Assembly: GCA_051294375.1 (NCBI GenBank) | Contig: CM119271.1 | Coordinates: 16,188,770 to 16,252,769 of the forward strand | Length of the DNA stretch: 64,000 nucleotides | Source: Paraspadella gotoi | Taxonomy: Eukaryota; Animalia; Chaetognatha | Direction of reading: 5' to 3' | Shown here: positions 62,079-64,000 of the stretch, in pieces | Numbering within the stretch: the first letter of the stretch is position 1 | Layout: every line of letters starts with the position of its first letter | Notes under the pieces: generated by a model | Seen by the model: only the letters and a program-made list of their open reading frames with translations | What the model was told of the DNA's origin: nothing | Database searches by the model: none | Program-made: the position numbers and the translations under genes

Positions 62079-64000
62079 AAGTTAATTGTAGTGATAATAA
62101 TTTGTGTTATAAATTCACCAAATAATTTTAGTAATTTATTAGATTATTAGATTTTTTAGGATTTTATTGTTTTATAATTGAAGGCCTTGATAATAAATTT
62201 ATTTCTACAGGACATCAGTTTGGATGTTTACTGTTTTAATTTTATTTAGGGTTTACCATGTTTAGCATGTTTTATTAACTATGAGAAGCATCTGTAAATT
62301 CCTTTTTTCCGTTTGTAGTTTGTAGTTTTATTTTACATTATTTTACATTAATCATTAAAAGATAATAAAAATGATTATTGTTTTTCTGACTTGCGCTTTG
62401 CCTTCATCATGAAAATACATGTAGCTATTTTAATTTGCCAAGGACAGAGTATTTGATAACGTAAATGATAACGTAGATCACTTTTAAAATAGTTATGCTA
62501 GTTTTCTTTCTCATCGAATTCTCAAAATAAAGACGTTTATTAGAGATAGAAAAGAGGTAGCCAGCTGTTTAGCAATTATGGTTGTGGGAATTTTATTTCA
62601 TATCAAGAATGATTCAGTAGCAAACATCAGCAACAAACTAAACCAAACAAATAAAAATATAATTAAGAGGTTAACGTGAGATCATTTCTATATCTTCATA
62701 GCGTAAACGTTTACCAAAAAATATCAATGTTTACTAAAGCAATGTTTATTTTAATTCTTAACATTATTGTGAACGAGAAAAAGGGGAAGGATTTTTAATT
62801 CGCAAGTTTCAAGTCGCAAACGCTCCTTAGATCGCGTGGCGGTTGGCGAATGCCTCTCTCGGCTCACCGCTCACTATCTTCGAATTGCTCTCAACTGCTC
62901 CTGACATGCCTCAGGAGCAAAGTCTCTTCTTCTCCTCCGCACTCCTTACTTCGCTTGCCTCTCCTACTCCTCATCCTAGGAGCAAAGCCCTTCCTTTCTT
63001 CTGGTCTTTCTGCATTTGATCCCTTGCTCCCTCCTATGTTGTTGATCAGTGTTTGTGAGCGGAGCGTTTGCTGTTTGTTGGTTTGGTCGATCGAATGATA
63101 GAAATGGAAAGAAGAATGTATCGGCCTTTTTGCAACTATTTTTATTGATCGGAATTACGGAATGGAATGGCTAAAAACGGTTTAGAATTGGATATTTTTT
63201 ATTTCATGGCATAATTTACTGCTTTTAGCTACAGTTTTACCTATTTTTTGTCATTTTTTTATTCTGAAAGGAAAAAGACAGACAGCAATTTTAACACATT
63301 TTGATGAATTTGAATGGTTGAACGAATAAAAGGTGAACAATTAAAAATAGAGTTCAAAGACAGAGGGCAAAGACAGTCAAATGAGAAACTAACGGATTGA
63401 TGGATGTGAGGAGAAAATGTTTTTGAGATGGCCAAATTATTAAAAAATTTTTAATGGGTTCAAGTCAACCTCCCGGTTTGTAATCAGGTTTGCCTTTGCC
63501 TTTGGAGAGCGACAGAAAGGCGGGGGAAAAAAGATTTACATTCCAGGGAATTGTTCAATGTTCATCTCCGCATCGACGAGGCGTTTTGGTGGGGCGATGG
63601 CCTTTATTTTTCTTTAACCTGTCAATTTTCTGGGTTTTTCCCCTATTTCTAGATTATCGAAAAACAAAACGGAGAATCGAAAATCTTCCTCGCCTCAGCG
63701 GGGCTCTTGAAAATATATTTCAAGATATAGATCTTTTAGCCGCTTATTCGGCAAACTTAAATTTTGGCCTCCCAAGGTTATAGTCAGTGCCTGATTAGGT
63801 TTAATGTAAAAGTTTAAAATCAACAAATTTTAGGAATTAATTCTTGAAAACTTATTTTTAGGTGAATACTGATCTATATTTATTTTGGCTTTTTTCATTA
63901 AATGTCAAAACATTAAAATCCTGTTTTTAATTCTGAAGAACCACAGATTTCAAATCCTCATCAAAAGTGTGTCTAAAAAAAAAAAAATTAAAGAATTAGG

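Noticed and set aside
62805-63110. GC-richer segment that might be a terminal exon of a minus-strand gene
   Set aside because: No recognisable protein or consistent splice chain could be built within the window.

Overview
Gene-dense, intron-rich eukaryotic (very probably invertebrate animal) DNA. Exons are GC- and CpG-rich; introns are AT-rich and full of microsatellites. About 14 spliced genes were reconstructed by hand: a type II membrane collagen-C1q protein (5' partial), RIC-3, Angel, Hakai/CBLL1, an orphan, a REEP/DP1 protein, AHCYL1, ATP synthase subunit s, ATF6, FAM210, BORCS8, a TspanC8 tetraspanin, a TTLL3/8 glycylase and IFT88. Highlights: (1) a complete TRIM-type LTR element with tRNA-like Pol III promoters in both LTRs and a 4-bp TSD confirmed by an empty site in the window, nested with a hAT-like MITE inside a Helentron/HINE-like repeat; (2) a 747-bp MITE whose ends resemble V(D)J recombination signals (Transib/RAG-like); (3) relaxed splice signals, with a likely GG donor, a GC donor, degenerate GT donors and many AAG acceptors; (4) a head-to-head pair of ciliary genes sharing a candidate X-box and forkhead site. 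Exon coordinates are hand-derived, and a few apparent frameshifts suggest assembly indels.
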